A DNA stretch of 64,000 bases, taken from assembly GCA_947630675.1 (NCBI GenBank), contig CANRIN010000001.1:5361-69360 (forward strand), in the 5' to 3' direction. Positions 43,769-54,023 of this stretch are shown here, piece after piece (the stretch's first letter is position 1; the number at the start of each line of letters is the position of its first letter). A model generated the notes under the pieces. That model made no database searches and had not been told where the DNA came from. It was given only the letters and a program-made list of their open reading frames with translations. This stretch comes from an uncultured Clostridia bacterium (lineage in GTDB: Bacteria > Bacillota > Clostridia > Oscillospirales > JAAYOS01). A program made the translations under genes and the position numbers.

Positions 43769-46036
43769 TTATTCTATCCCGTTGAGACTGTTTATCTGCC
43801 TCAGCATACCGAGCACGACGTTGGGGTCGATCTGTCCTCCGATAAACGACAGAGCGGTGCCTATCGGGATGCCCATGGCCATCTCCATCATTCCCTCGGC
43901 CGAGAACATCTCGTCGTCCCCTGTGGCCGGAGCCATCGACTGCGCCGCCTGCATGAGCGGTCCGAAGACCTCCATGGCGTGCGGGGTGGCGAGTATCTCT
44001 CCGATGGTCGACTCGAGAGTGAGCGGCTCGAGCGTCTCGGAGGTGGAGTTCACCTTGACGGTGACGCTCTTCTGACGCTTCGGGCAGGAGCAGGGCGCGA
44101 CGGACACGGTAAACGTCCCGGTCTCGATCACCCAGTCGTGCTTCGAGACGTCCCAGAACGCGAAGGCGCGGCGGTCGAGCGTGAAGGTGACGGTCTTCGT
44201 CTCGCCCGGCTCGAGCCGGACCTTCTCGAAGCCCTTGAGCTCCTTTATCGGACGGGTGACCTTGCGGCAGATGTCCTGACCGACGTAGAGCTGTACTATC
44301 TCCGCGCCGGCGCGAGAGCCGGTGTTCGTTATGTCGGCGGAGACGGTGAGCGGCTCGCCCTCGGTTATCTCCGAGGCGCTCACGCGCGGTTCGGAATATT
44401 CAAACGTGGTGTAGCTGAGGCCGTGGCCGAAGCGGAAGCGCGGCTTGATATCGTGCGCGTCGAACCAGCGGTAGCCGACCCATATACCCTCCTCGTAGCG
44501 GACGTCGCCGCTCTTGCCGAAGTTCGGGTGCGCGGGGGACTGCCTGTGGTTCATAGGCCAGGTCTCCGCGAGCTTTGCGGACGGGTTGACCGCGCCGGTC
44601 ACGATGTCGACTATCGCGCCGGCGGCGGCCTGTCCGCCAAGATAGGCGATAAGGAGCGCGCCGAGCTTGTCGAGGAACGGCAGCTCGACCGGCGCCCCGC
44701 AGGTGAGCACTAGCGCCGCGCCGGGATGCGCCTCCGCGACGGCGGTTATCATCTTCACGACGCCCTTGGGAAGCGCCATGCTCTTGCGGTCGGCGCCCTC
44801 GGTCTCCTGCGGGGAGCCCGCGACTATGAGGACGTTCTCGGCCTTCTTTGCCGCCTCTATAGCTTCGGCGATGAGCTCGTCCGTCGTCTCGCCGTTCTGC
44901 TTGCAGCCCTTCGCGTAGATGACCTCGCCCGAGGCGACCTTGCCGTACTCCTCGAGTACGTTGTCGAGATACGGATTGTTGATATGCGACGAACCGCCGC
45001 CCTGGAACATTATCTTCTCGGCATACGCGCCGATTATCGCGGTGCTCTTCGAGGTGTCGAGGGGCAGGACGCCGCCCTCGTTCTTCGCGAGGACCATCGT
45101 CTCGCCCGCTATCTTCCGCGCGAGCCTGTGGTGCGCCGCGAGGTCGAGCGTTACGTCCTTCTTGCCGGTCTCTATCCAGCGGTAGAGGATGTTCAGCATC
45201 CGCTCGACCGAACGGTCGAGCACCGCCTCGTCGAGTTCGCCCGACTTCACCGCCGCGACTATCTTTTCGTCGTTTGCCGTGGACATGCTCGGCATCTCGA
45301 GGTCGCAGCCGGCCTTCAGCGCCGCGACGCGGTCGTGCATTGCGCCCCAGTCGGTCATGACGTAGCCCTCAAAGCCCCACATGTCGCGGAGGACCTTCGT
45401 CAGCAGGTATTCGTTCTGGCAGTTGAAGGTGCCGTTCACCTGATTGTAGGAGTTCATGATGGTGGCGGGCTGAGCCTTCTTGACGGCGGTCTCGAACGGC
45501 GCGAGGTATATCTCGTGCATGGTGCGCTCGTCGACGACGGAGTTGCCACTGTTCCGCGCGGTCTCCTGATTATTCATGGCGAAGTGCTTGAGGGACGTTC
45601 CGACGCCCTCCGACTGAACGGCGTTGATATAGCTTGCCGCCATCTCGCCCGCGAGATACGGATCCTCCGAGAAGTACTCGAAGTTGCGCCCGCAGAGCGG
45701 GCTGCGCTTGATGTTCGTGCCGGGGCCGAGCAGTATCGAGACGTCGTTTGCCTGCGCCTCCGCCGCGAGCGCGCGTCCCTGAGTCGCGATGAGCTCGCGG
45801 TCAAAGCTGGACGCGAGACCCGCCGCCGTGGGGAAGCAGGTCGCGGGCACGCTCTCGTTGAGGCCGAGGTGGTCGCCCTCGCCCGCCTGCTTGCGGAGTC
45901 CGTGAGGGCCGTCGGTCACCATCACCGACGGGATGCCGAGACGTTCGACGGGCTTGGTGTTCCACCAGCCGAGACCCGAGCAGAGACTTGCTTTCTCCTC
46001 AAGGGTCATCTTTCCGACGAGTTCCTTGACGTTCAT
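43769..46036 (-). CDS. Glycoside hydrolase family 3 beta-glucosidase (BglX type)
   Basis: AGGAGG RBS. MTLEEKASLCSG, GIPSVMVTDGPHGLR and GYVMTDWGA catalytic Asp region. C-terminal Fn3-like domain. Confidence 0.9.
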   Translation of the reverse strand: MNVKELVGKMTLEEKASLCSGLGWWNTKPVERLGIPSVMVTDGPHGLRKQAGEGDHLGLNESVPATCFPTAAGLASSFDRELIATQGRALAAEAQANDVSILLGPGTNIKRSPLCGRNFEYFSEDPYLAGEMAASYINAVQSEGVGTSLKHFAMNNQETARNSGNSVVDERTMHEIYLAPFETAVKKAQPATIMNSYNQVNGTFNCQNEYLLTKVLRDMWGFEGYVMTDWGAMHDRVAALKAGCDLEMPSMSTANDEKIVAAVKSGELDEAVLDRSVERMLNILYRWIETGKKDVTLDLAAHHRLARKIAGETMVLAKNEGGVLPLDTSKSTAIIGAYAEKIMFQGGGSSHINNPYLDNVLEEYGKVASGEVIYAKGCKQNGETTDELIAEAIEAAKKAENVLIVAGSPQETEGADRKSMALPKGVVKMITAVAEAHPGAALVLTCGAPVELPFLDKLGALLIAYLGGQAAAGAIVDIVTGAVNPSAKLAETWPMNHRQSPAHPNFGKSGDVRYEEGIWVGYRWFDAHDIKPRFRFGHGLSYTTFEYSEPRVSASEITEGEPLTVSADITNTGSRAGAEIVQLYVGQDICRKVTRPIKELKGFEKVRLEPGETKTVTFTLDRRAFAFWDVSKHDWVIETGTFTVSVAPCSCPKRQKSVTVKVNSTSETLEPLTLESTIGEILATPHAMEVFGPLMQAAQSMAPATGDDEMFSAEGMMEMAMGIPIGTALSFIGGQIDPNVVLGMLRQINSLNGIE

Positions 46037-46307
46037 AGAAATACCTCCTGTTTTTATTTAAGAGAGGCAAAGCCTCTCGACTTTCCGTGCTTATTACCAT
46101 TATTGCACACAATATACAATGTGTCAAGCGGCTCCCGGCGCCGAGGTTGTAAATTCTGCATATATCAGTATAACTATTATATCCGGCGCGGAGAAGCGTT
46201 TCAACAGCAAATACCGACATAACTGTTGCGATAATGCGTGAGCACGGAATAAACCGCAGAGCGGGACAATATAAAAAGAAAAGAACAAAAACGACGGAGG
46301 TATATCC

Positions 46308-46985
46308 ATGCGAGAGAAACTGAAAAAGCTGCGGGACGCGTGGCGCACGAGCGAGCGGGTGCAGCGGCGCGTCTATATGGTGTGCACCGTGGCGGCGATA
46401 GCGATGTCGGCGCTGATACTCGTCTCGATAGCGCACGGCGAGAGGAACGGCGCTCCGGAGCCGCCTATAGCAAGCGCGCCGGACGAGGGGGAGACCCTGC
46501 CGCTCGGCGAGGGCGTGGACGCCGCCGCGAGCGCCGCTCCGGAGGCCGGCAAGGGCATGATAGAGCTCACCGACGGCGAGGCGGGCGCGCTTATTGCGCT
46601 CGCGCTCGGGCAGAAGCTCGAGACGGAGGATGTGACGGCGCACTTCTACGCGCCGGACGGCGTGCGGGTCGGCATATCCGTGACGCGCGACGCGCTGCGG
46701 GACTTCTTGGAGCGCGAGCCGGCGGGCGTCCCGCCGGCGCTCACGTCGCTGCTCCCGGACGAGCTCACTATTGAAATAGACATGGGCTTTTCGGTGTCGG
46801 AGGAGGGACGCTGCTCGCTTGAGCCTAGAGAGCTTTCCGCCCTGGGCGCGGATATCACCGAATATCTCCCGGGTTCGCTCGTGCAGGCTGCCGCGGAAGC
46901 CCTGAACTCCGCCCTGCCGGAGAAGACGCCGATCCGCTCGGCGGAGGTGCGCGACGGAAGCGCCGTCTTTACACTCGAACTGTGA
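46308..46985 (+). CDS. Single-pass membrane protein, unknown function
   Basis: GGAGG RBS and one TM helix (VYMVCTVAAIAMSALILVSI). No recognisable domain. Confidence 0.55.
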   Translation: MREKLKKLRDAWRTSERVQRRVYMVCTVAAIAMSALILVSIAHGERNGAPEPPIASAPDEGETLPLGEGVDAAASAAPEAGKGMIELTDGEAGALIALALGQKLETEDVTAHFYAPDGVRVGISVTRDALRDFLEREPAGVPPALTSLLPDELTIEIDMGFSVSEEGRCSLEPRELSALGADITEYLPGSLVQAAAEALNSALPEKTPIRSAEVRDGSAVFTLEL

Positions 46986-47009
46986 AGCAAAAGTCTTTAC
47001 GATTTCCTC

Positions 47010-47038
47010 TTGACAAACGGCGCGGGGCGTAGTACAAT
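47010..47038 (+). promoter_or_regulatory. Promoter of the ylxM-ffh operon
   Basis: TTGACA, 17 nt spacer, TACAAT. Confidence 0.65.
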
Positions 47039-47095
47039 ATGCGTAAAGCAGGAAGCTTTACAACATTCGGACATTCGGGAAAGGGGGAGAGACGC

Positions 47096-47467
47096 GTGAA
47101 GGAACGCTCGCTTGAGCTGTCCGTCCTGTACGACTTCTACGGGGCGCTGCTCACCGACAAGCAGCGCGCGATATTCTCGATGTATTACAACGAGGATCTC
47201 TCGCTTTCCGAAATAGCGGAGAACGAGGGGATAACGCGCCAGGGCGTGCGGGACGCGCTGCTGCGCGCCTCCAAGACCCTCGACGAGACTGAGGAGAAGC
47301 TGGGTCTCTTCCGCCGCTACGGCAGTCTCGACCGAAAGCTCGGGGCGCTTGAGGACATAGCGGGGAAGATGCGCGCCGTAAACCGTGAAAAGTTCCTCTC
47401 CCCGGAGATAGACGATCTGGTGCGCGAGCTGCTCGGCACGATACGCGACCTGCGTGAGGAGATATAA
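47096..47467 (+). CDS. ylxM: YlxM (UPF0122) putative DNA-binding protein
   Basis: GTG 47096 after a GGGGGAG RBS. LTDKQRAIFSMYYNEDLSLSEIAE...ITRQGVRD. Immediately upstream of ffh. Confidence 0.85.
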   Translation: MKERSLELSVLYDFYGALLTDKQRAIFSMYYNEDLSLSEIAENEGITRQGVRDALLRASKTLDETEEKLGLFRRYGSLDRKLGALEDIAGKMRAVNREKFLSPEIDDLVRELLGTIRDLREEI

Positions 47468-48825
47468 TGGCATTTGAAGGACTCAGTGAAAAGCTCTCGG
47501 CCGCGTTTGCAAAGCTGCGCGGCAAGGGCAGGCTGCATGAGAGCGATATAAAGGAGGCCATGCGCGAAATCCGTCTCGTGCTTCTCGAGGCGGACGTGAG
47601 CTACAAGGTCGTCAAGGACTTCGTGGCGCGCGTGAGCGAACGGGCTGTCGGGCAGGACGTGCTCGAAAGCCTCACGCCGGCGCAGATGGTCGTAAAGATA
47701 GTAAACGAGGAAATGACGGCGCTGATGGGCGGTGAGGTCGCGAAGCTGAACCGCGCAAAGAAACCGCCGACGGTCGTGATGCTCTGCGGACTTCAGGGCG
47801 CGGGCAAGACGACGAACGGCGCAAAGCTCGCGGGGTACATGCGCAAGCAGGGCTCGCGTCCGCTCCTCGCCGCGTGCGACGTCTACCGTCCCGCCGCGAT
47901 AAAGCAGCTTCAGGTCGTGGGCGAACAGCTCGGCATCCCGGTCTTTGAGATGGGCCAGGGCGACCCGGTGGAGATAGCGAAGGAAGCGGTGAAGCACGCA
48001 AAGAAGTTCGGCAACGACATAGTCTTTCTCGACACCGCCGGACGGCTCAGCATAGACGAGGCGCTGATGGACGAGCTCCGCCGGATAAAGGCCGCCGTCG
48101 CGCCGGACGAGATACTCCTCACGGTTGACGCCATGACCGGACAGGACGCGGTCAACACCGCGGAGAAGTTCAACGGGGAGCTCGATATCACCGGCGTCAT
48201 GCTCACCAAGCTCGACGGAGACACGCGCGGCGGCGCGGCGCTCTCGGTGCGCGCCGTCACCGGCAAGCCGATAAAGTTTGCGGGCACGGGGGAGAAGCTC
48301 GACAAGATAGAGCCGTTCTACCCGGACAGGATGGCGAGCCGCATCCTCGGCATGGGGGATGTGCTGACGCTCATAGAGAAGGCGGAGGCCGCCATAGACG
48401 AGAAGAAGGCGCTCGAGATGGAGCAGAAGCTCCGCCAGAACCGCTTCACGCTCACCGACTTCCTCGAGCAGATGGCGCAGCTCCGGAGCATGGGTTCGCT
48501 TGAGGACATAGCGGGGATGATCCCCGGTGTGGACGCGCGGGCGCTCAAGGGCGCGACGATAGACGAGAAGGCCATGCCGCGCATGGAGGCGCTTATCCTG
48601 TCGATGACGCCGGAGGAGCGCGAGAACCCGTCGGTCATCAACTCGAGCCGCAAGCGGCGGATAGCCGCCGGCGCGGGACAGCGCGTCGAAGACCTCAACC
48701 GTCTTCTGAAGCAGTTCGACATGATGCAGAAGATGGCGCGTAGCCTCGGCGGCTTCGGCGGCGGAGGAAAGCGCGGAAAGCGTATGCGCCGCGGCGGCAG
48801 TCCCTTCTCGATGTTCGGAAGGTAG
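47467..48825 (+). CDS. ffh: Signal recognition particle protein Ffh
   Basis: NG domain (GLQGAGKTT, DTAGR, TKLDGD) plus a Met-rich M domain. Confidence 0.97.
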   Translation: MAFEGLSEKLSAAFAKLRGKGRLHESDIKEAMREIRLVLLEADVSYKVVKDFVARVSERAVGQDVLESLTPAQMVVKIVNEEMTALMGGEVAKLNRAKKPPTVVMLCGLQGAGKTTNGAKLAGYMRKQGSRPLLAACDVYRPAAIKQLQVVGEQLGIPVFEMGQGDPVEIAKEAVKHAKKFGNDIVFLDTAGRLSIDEALMDELRRIKAAVAPDEILLTVDAMTGQDAVNTAEKFNGELDITGVMLTKLDGDTRGGAALSVRAVTGKPIKFAGTGEKLDKIEPFYPDRMASRILGMGDVLTLIEKAEAAIDEKKALEMEQKLRQNRFTLTDFLEQMAQLRSMGSLEDIAGMIPGVDARALKGATIDEKAMPRMEALILSMTPEERENPSVINSSRKRRIAAGAGQRVEDLNRLLKQFDMMQKMARSLGGFGGGGKRGKRMRRGGSPFSMFGR

Positions 48826-48931
48826 ACCGCAGTCCCGGACTTCGGGGCAAAAACAACACAGCTATTCAACGGCTCCGGCCGTGAATATATAAAAACCCAC
48901 ATTTTTGTAAAGCTTTTGGAGGTATGTTCAA

Positions 48932-49171
48932 ATGGTCAAGATCAGGCTTCGCCGCATGGGCGCAAAGAAGGCGCCGTTCTACCGTATCGTCGTGGCTGAC
49001 AGCCGCAGCCCGCGCGACGGCCGTTTTATTGAGGAGCTCGGCATATACAATCCGCTCGTCGAGCCCGCCGAGGTCCGCATTGACGCCGACCGCGCCAAGG
49101 ACTGGATGCAGAAGGGCGCTCAGCCGACGGATACCGTCCGCCGTCTGATGAAGAACGCGGGTATTCTCTAA
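48932..49171 (+). CDS. rpsP: 30S ribosomal protein S16
   Basis: [34 protein letters not shown]. Confidence 0.97.
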   Translation: MVKIRLRRMGAKKAPFYRIVVADSRSPRDGRFIEELGIYNPLVEPAEVRIDADRAKDWMQKGAQPTDTVRRLMKNAGIL

Positions 49172-49174
49172 GCT

Positions 49175-49405
49175 ATGAAGGAGCTTCTTGAATACATCGC
49201 AAAGAGCATGGTCGACAACCCCGACGAGGTAGAGGTCACCGAGGTGGAGGAGGAGAACGGCACGAAGCTCGAGCTGCGCGTCGCACCCTCCGATATGGGC
49301 AAGATAATCGGCAGGCAGGGGCGCACCTCCAAGGAGATACGCGCCATCATCAAGGCTGCCGCCGGCTCGAAGCGCGTCGTGGTGGACATAATCGACAAGG
49401 AATAA
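49175..49405 (+). CDS. KH-domain RNA-binding protein (YlqC type)
   Basis: [12 protein letters not shown] motif, between rpsP and rimM. Confidence 0.9.
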   Translation: MKELLEYIAKSMVDNPDEVEVTEVEEENGTKLELRVAPSDMGKIIGRQGRTSKEIRAIIKAAAGSKRVVVDIIDKE

Positions 49406-49896
49406 TGACGAAGTTCCTGGAAGCGGGCAAGGTCGTCGCGACACACGGCGTGCGCGGCGCGATGCGCGTTGAAGTCTGGTGCGACTCCGTCGGGTTCCTG
49501 CTCGATGTGAAGAGACTTTTTATAGGCGGGGAGCAGTACAAAGTGCTCGCCGCCTCTGCTCATAAGGGTCAGCTTCTCGTGACCCTCGAGGGAGTGACTA
49601 CGCTCGACGAGGCGCAGCGCCTCAAGGGAAAGACCGTCCTCGTCTCCCGTGAGGACGTTTCGGCGGGGGAGGGCCGGTACTTTATCGCCGACCTCATCGG
49701 TCTCGAGGTGCGCGACCGCACGCGCGGCGTACTCGGCAGGATAAAGGACATCATGACCATGCCCGCAAACAACGTCTACGTCGTGGAGGGCGGGGGGAAG
49801 CACTGGCTCATCCCCGCCGTCGACGAGTTCATAAAGAATACCGACATCGAGGGCGGATACGTCGAGGTCGATATAATAGACGGCATGGAGGAGTAG
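49405..49896 (+). CDS. rimM: 16S rRNA processing protein RimM
   Basis: GKVVATHGVRGAMRV and YFIADLIGLEV, in conserved operon position. Confidence 0.92.
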   Translation: MTKFLEAGKVVATHGVRGAMRVEVWCDSVGFLLDVKRLFIGGEQYKVLAASAHKGQLLVTLEGVTTLDEAQRLKGKTVLVSREDVSAGEGRYFIADLIGLEVRDRTRGVLGRIKDIMTMPANNVYVVEGGGKHWLIPAVDEFIKNTDIEGGYVEVDIIDGMEE

Positions 49897-49897
49897 T

Positions 49898-50662
49898 ATG
49901 CGTATAGACATACTCACGCTCTTTCCCGAGACGATGGAGCGCATGACGGACGAATCCATACTCGGCCGTGCGCAGGACAGAGGGTATCTGCTGATAAAGT
50001 GCCACAACATCCGCGACTACACGAAGAACAAACAGATGCAGGTGGACGACTATCCCTACGGCGGCGGGATGGGCATGGTCATGCAGGCCGACCCGCTCTA
50101 CAACTGCCTGAGCGCTGTGCGCGACATGGCGCCGGGAGAGGTCTACACCGTCTACATGTCGCCGCAGGGGAAGCCCTTCACGCAGGAGACGGCAAAGCGC
50201 CTCGCGGGGCTCGGCAGGCTCGCGATAGTCTGCGGGCACTACGAGGGTGTGGACGAGCGGTTCATCGAGGAGTGCGTGGACGAGGAGATATCGCTTGGGG
50301 ATTTCGTCCTCACCGGCGGGGAGATACCCGCCCTCGCCGTATGCGACGCGGTGGCGAGGCTCACGCCGGGCGTGCTCGCGAGCGAGGAGAGCTTCACCGG
50401 CGAGAGCCACTGGGACGGTACGCTTGAGTACCCGCAGTATTCCCGCCCGGAGGAGTGGCACGGCAGGAGCGTTCCGCCGGTGCTGCTGTCCGGCGACCAT
50501 GCGAAGGTCGCGGACTGGCGGCGTGGACAGTCGCTTCTCCGCACAAAGCGGAAGAGACCGGATATGTTCGAGCGCCTCACGCTCACCGAGAAGGACAAAA
50601 GGCTTCTCGCCGCTGCGGAGCTTGAAAGCGGCGGCGCGTCGACAAAGAATGACACGGAATAA
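49898..50662 (+). CDS. trmD: tRNA (guanine37-N1)-methyltransferase TrmD
   Basis: MRIDILTLFPE, DDYPYGGGMGMVM, GHYEGVDERF. Confidence 0.97.
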   Translation: MRIDILTLFPETMERMTDESILGRAQDRGYLLIKCHNIRDYTKNKQMQVDDYPYGGGMGMVMQADPLYNCLSAVRDMAPGEVYTVYMSPQGKPFTQETAKRLAGLGRLAIVCGHYEGVDERFIEECVDEEISLGDFVLTGGEIPALAVCDAVARLTPGVLASEESFTGESHWDGTLEYPQYSRPEEWHGRSVPPVLLSGDHAKVADWRRGQSLLRTKRKRPDMFERLTLTEKDKRLLAAAELESGGASTKNDTE

Positions 50663-50672
50663 CAACAAGTAT

Positions 50673-50707
50673 AAAACACCGGAGGGTATACCCTCCGGTG
50701 TTTTTTT
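50673..50707 (+). terminator. trmD operon terminator
   Basis: ACACCGGAGGG-TATA-CCCTCCGGTGT followed by TTTTTT. Confidence 0.85.
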
Positions 50708-50764
50708 GCGTCTGTCTCCGCAAATCGCGGACGCGGATCTCTGACATTGTATACGGAGTACGCT

Positions 50765-51215
50765 TAGCTTCGCAGAGTTTCGCAATTCCCAAACGCTCCT
50801 TTGGAGCGTTTGGGAGCCCTTCCGATTGAAATACTCGCCGGAAATGAATTCCGGCTCCGCGAAGTTAACGGCTTTGCCGTTAACTTCAACCGCGCGAACC
50901 GGCGCGGACGGCGCTTTGCGCCGTTTTGAAATTGGAACAGCCTCGCAGAGTTTCGCGCCGGAAGGCGCGAAATAGATTCTAATCCGTTTTTTCCGACGGC
51001 GTGTGCGTCGGAAAAAACTCTTTGCGCAAAGCGTGCGTCGATTTTTCGCCGAAGGCGGAAAACTCGGCGCGTAGCGCAGCGCATGCTGTCGGTAGGGCTT
51101 CGCCCTATCCGACAGCTTCACTTGAAATTGCGTCGCGCAATTTCAAGTGAAAGTCTCGGCGCGAAAGGGTGCGCAGGGCAATTCATTGCCCGAGCACATT
51201 TCGCGCCGAAGCGAA
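50765..51215 (+). repeat. Modular hairpin repeat, locus 6 (largest array: inverted type-C module, full core, extra hairpins)
   Basis: Type-C unit 50782-50891 (inverted relative to 38744-38851). Core from 50940 with M1 50951-50972, M2 50987-51017, M3 about 51043-51063 and M4 51085-51116. Further hairpins extend to 51210. Confidence 0.85.
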
Positions 51216-51218
51216 GCG

Positions 51219-51824
51219 CTATATGTCTCTCCTTCCCTCGAGCGCGCGCCCGAGCGTCAGCTCGTCGGTGAACTCGAGGTGTCCGCCCATAGGTATGCCG
51301 TAGGCGAGGCGCGTCACCCTCACGTCAAAGGGACGCAGGAGACGCGCGATGTACAGCGCCGTAGCCTCGCCCTCGGTGTCGGGGTCGGTGGCGAGAATGA
51401 CCTCCGAGACGCCGCCCGCGCTCACCCGCGCGACGAGCTCCTTTACATGTATGTCGTCCGGGGAGACGTGATTGAGCGGGGAGATCACACCGTGCAGAAC
51501 GTGATACAGTCCGCGGTACTCCGCCGTCCGCTCGATAGCCGCGACGTCCTTCGGGTCGCTCACGACACAGATATGGCTGCGGTCGCGGGTGGGGGAGGAG
51601 CATATAGGGCAGGTGTCGCCCGCGGAGAGGTTGAGGCAGGTCTTGCAGAAGGTGACGCGGCTCTTCGCGGCGGTTATCGCCGCCGCGAACGCCTCCGCCT
51701 CCTCGTCAGACATGCCGACGATATGGAACGCGAGCCGCTGCGCCGTCTTTCTGCCTACGCCGGGCAGGCGCGCGAACTGGTCGATAAGGTTCTCGACCGG
51801 CGCGGGAAAAAACGAATTAGGCAT
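51219..51824 (-). CDS. recR: Recombination protein RecR
   Basis: LPGVGRKTAQRLAFH, a C4 zinc finger and a Toprim region. Confidence 0.95.
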   Translation of the reverse strand: MPNSFFPAPVENLIDQFARLPGVGRKTAQRLAFHIVGMSDEEAEAFAAAITAAKSRVTFCKTCLNLSAGDTCPICSSPTRDRSHICVVSDPKDVAAIERTAEYRGLYHVLHGVISPLNHVSPDDIHVKELVARVSAGGVSEVILATDPDTEGEATALYIARLLRPFDVRVTRLAYGIPMGGHLEFTDELTLGRALEGRRDI

Positions 51825-52159
51825 CAGAACAGTCCGGGGAGGTTCAGTCCGCCGGTTATCTTGCTCATCTCGCTCTCGGCGGTCTCGTCCGCCTTGCGCA
51901 TAGCCTCGCCGACAGCGGCGATTATCATGTCCTGGAGCATCTCGACGTCCTCGGGGTCGACCGCCTCGGGGTCTATCGTGAGCGCGGTGAGGCGGTGCTT
52001 GCCGGTGACGGTCGCGGTGACCATCCCGCCGCCGGAGGTCGCCGTGAACTCGCGCGCCTCAAGCTCCTCCTGCATGGCTATCATGTCCTGCTGCATCTTC
52101 TGCGCCTGCTGCATGACGTTCATGCTGTTTTTCGGCATATTCGGAAATTTTCTTGCCAT
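51824..52159 (-). CDS. ybaB: YbaB/EbfC nucleoid-associated protein
   Basis: MQQAQKMQQDM...GGGMVTATVTG, between dnaX and recR. Confidence 0.92.
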   Translation of the reverse strand: MARKFPNMPKNSMNVMQQAQKMQQDMIAMQEELEAREFTATSGGGMVTATVTGKHRLTALTIDPEAVDPEDVEMLQDMIIAAVGEAMRKADETAESEMSKITGGLNLPGLF

Positions 52160-52176
52160 ATTTATGTCCTCCCGGT

Positions 52177-53988
52177 CTATTCCACTTTGAAGTTGTCAAA
52201 TCTTGTCTGCATTTTCAGCAGCTCGTCCATCGCGTCCCGCTCGCCCCGCTCGCTCTCGAGCAGGCAGCGCGCTCCGACCTGCCTTCCGAGTATCCGGCTC
52301 GCCTCGCGCCCGACCGCCGCAAGGACCTTTGCATCGCCCGCAATGTGCTTTGCAAAGGAGCTCGCAACGTATATCGTGACGGTGTCGCCCTCGAGCACGG
52401 CGGGAGGCTGCGCTGCGAGCTGCATGTAGTTCGAGATGGGTATCTTGGGGCGGACGGCGATAAGCGTGTCCTGCCACCATCCCGCTGAGGTCTCATCCGA
52501 AGGGGTCCTGGCCCGGGCGGGTTTTGCGGGTGCGGACGGCTCCGCACGGCGAGGCTCTACCGGCGGCTCGCTGCCCCACGGAGGGGCTTCGTCCGCGTCC
52601 GGGATCGGCTCGCCGGGCTGAACGCTGTCGTCGGGGGGAGGCACGTCCTCCCACGGGTCGCCGGAGGACGGCGGCTCGGGCTCTGCGGATTTCCCGGGAG
52701 CACCGGAGACGGCCGGAGCCGCGTCCCACGGCGGAGCGTCGTCCGCGCCGCCGGTCAGGGGCGGTGCGGCTGCACCTTTAGGTTCGGACGGCGCGGCAAC
52801 GGTCGGTTCGGACACTGCTGCGGGCGGCGCTGCGGGTGCGGCGGACGCGCGGACGGCGCGATCCCGCGCCGTCTGTGCCGTCGGCGCTTCGTCGGATGCG
52901 GGAATGCTTCCCGCCGCCCTCGCCGCGAGCCGGACAAGGCACAGCTCCGCTTCGAGCCGTGCCGACGACGAGCGCGCGGTGCGCGCCTGCGCGTCGGATA
53001 TGTCCTCGAGCATTGCGCCGAGCGTCGTGGCAGGCAGGCCGAGCGCGTCGAGCGCTTTTGCGGGGTACCGCCCGGAGAGCAGGGCGGAGGATTTCGTCGT
53101 TATAAGAATGAGCGCGTCCCGAAGAACGGAGGAGAGTTCGCCGAGGAACGCCGCCATGTCCTTGCCCGCGTCGTAGAGCGAGCCGAGGATGTCGAGAGCG
53201 TGCGCCGCGTCGCCTGCGGCGACGGCCGCCGCCGCCTCGAGGGTGTCCTGCGAGCCGGCAAGGCCGAGCTCGTCGAATATCGCGTCCTCGTCGAGCGGGA
53301 CGTCCGGCCGTGCGGAGGCGCACTGGTCAAGCATTGAGATGGCGTCCCGGAACGCCCCGTCCGCAAGGCGGGCTATGGCCGCCGCGCCGTCCTCGGTGAG
53401 GGTAATCCGCTCCACCGCCGCTATTTCGCGGACGCGCAGTGCGAGGTCGCGCACCGTGCCGCGCCGGAAGGCGTAGCGCTGGCAGCGCGAGAGTATCGTC
53501 GGGGGTATCTTGTTGAGCTCGGTCGTGGCGAGTATGAAAAGAACGTGCTCCGGCGGCTCCTCAAGAGTCTTTAAAAGCGCGTTCCACGCGCCGACGGAGA
53601 GCATGTGGCACTCGTCGATGATGTAGACCCTGTACTTCAGCTCGACCGGGACGTAGGCCGCCTGGTCGCGTATGGCGCGGATGTTGTCGACGCCGGAGTT
53701 GGAAGCGGCGTCTATCTCACTCACGTCGACGGCGGAGCCCTCGTTTATCGCGCGGCAGGCGGGGCACTCGTTGCAGGGCTCGCCGTCGTGCGGATGGAGG
53801 CAGTTTGCGGCCTTCGCGAGGATTTTGGCGCAGGTAGTCTTGCCCGTGCCCCGTGTGCCGGTGAAAAGGTATGCGTGGGACAGTCTCCCGCCCGCGATCT
53901 GTTTTTTCAGTGTTTCGGTGACCTGCGGCTGCCCGACAACGTCCGAAAAGGTCATCGGCCGCCACTTACGATAGAGCGCTCTGGCCAT
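52177..53988 (-). CDS. dnaX: DNA polymerase III subunit gamma/tau
   Basis: Start at ATG 53988 (MARALYRKWRPMTFSDVVGQ...GTRGTGKTT). The ORF track extends it to 54711 across the SRP RNA gene. The central region is Pro/Ala-rich and low in complexity. Confidence 0.93.
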   Translation of the reverse strand: MARALYRKWRPMTFSDVVGQPQVTETLKKQIAGGRLSHAYLFTGTRGTGKTTCAKILAKAANCLHPHDGEPCNECPACRAINEGSAVDVSEIDAASNSGVDNIRAIRDQAAYVPVELKYRVYIIDECHMLSVGAWNALLKTLEEPPEHVLFILATTELNKIPPTILSRCQRYAFRRGTVRDLALRVREIAAVERITLTEDGAAAIARLADGAFRDAISMLDQCASARPDVPLDEDAIFDELGLAGSQDTLEAAAAVAAGDAAHALDILGSLYDAGKDMAAFLGELSSVLRDALILITTKSSALLSGRYPAKALDALGLPATTLGAMLEDISDAQARTARSSSARLEAELCLVRLAARAAGSIPASDEAPTAQTARDRAVRASAAPAAPPAAVSEPTVAAPSEPKGAAAPPLTGGADDAPPWDAAPAVSGAPGKSAEPEPPSSGDPWEDVPPPDDSVQPGEPIPDADEAPPWGSEPPVEPRRAEPSAPAKPARARTPSDETSAGWWQDTLIAVRPKIPISNYMQLAAQPPAVLEGDTVTIYVASSFAKHIAGDAKVLAAVGREASRILGRQVGARCLLESERGERDAMDELLKMQTRFDNFKVE

Positions 53989-54023
53989 AGCACCCGACCC
54001 CTTTGAAATTGAATAAACGTCAC

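Noticed and set aside
52177-53988. Programmed -1 frameshift site in dnaX (tau/gamma), as in E. coli.
   Set aside because: The only A-rich heptamer noticed (AAAAAAC, about 53900-53910 on the minus strand) is near the N-terminus, not at the domain III/IV boundary. No downstream stem-loop partner was evident.
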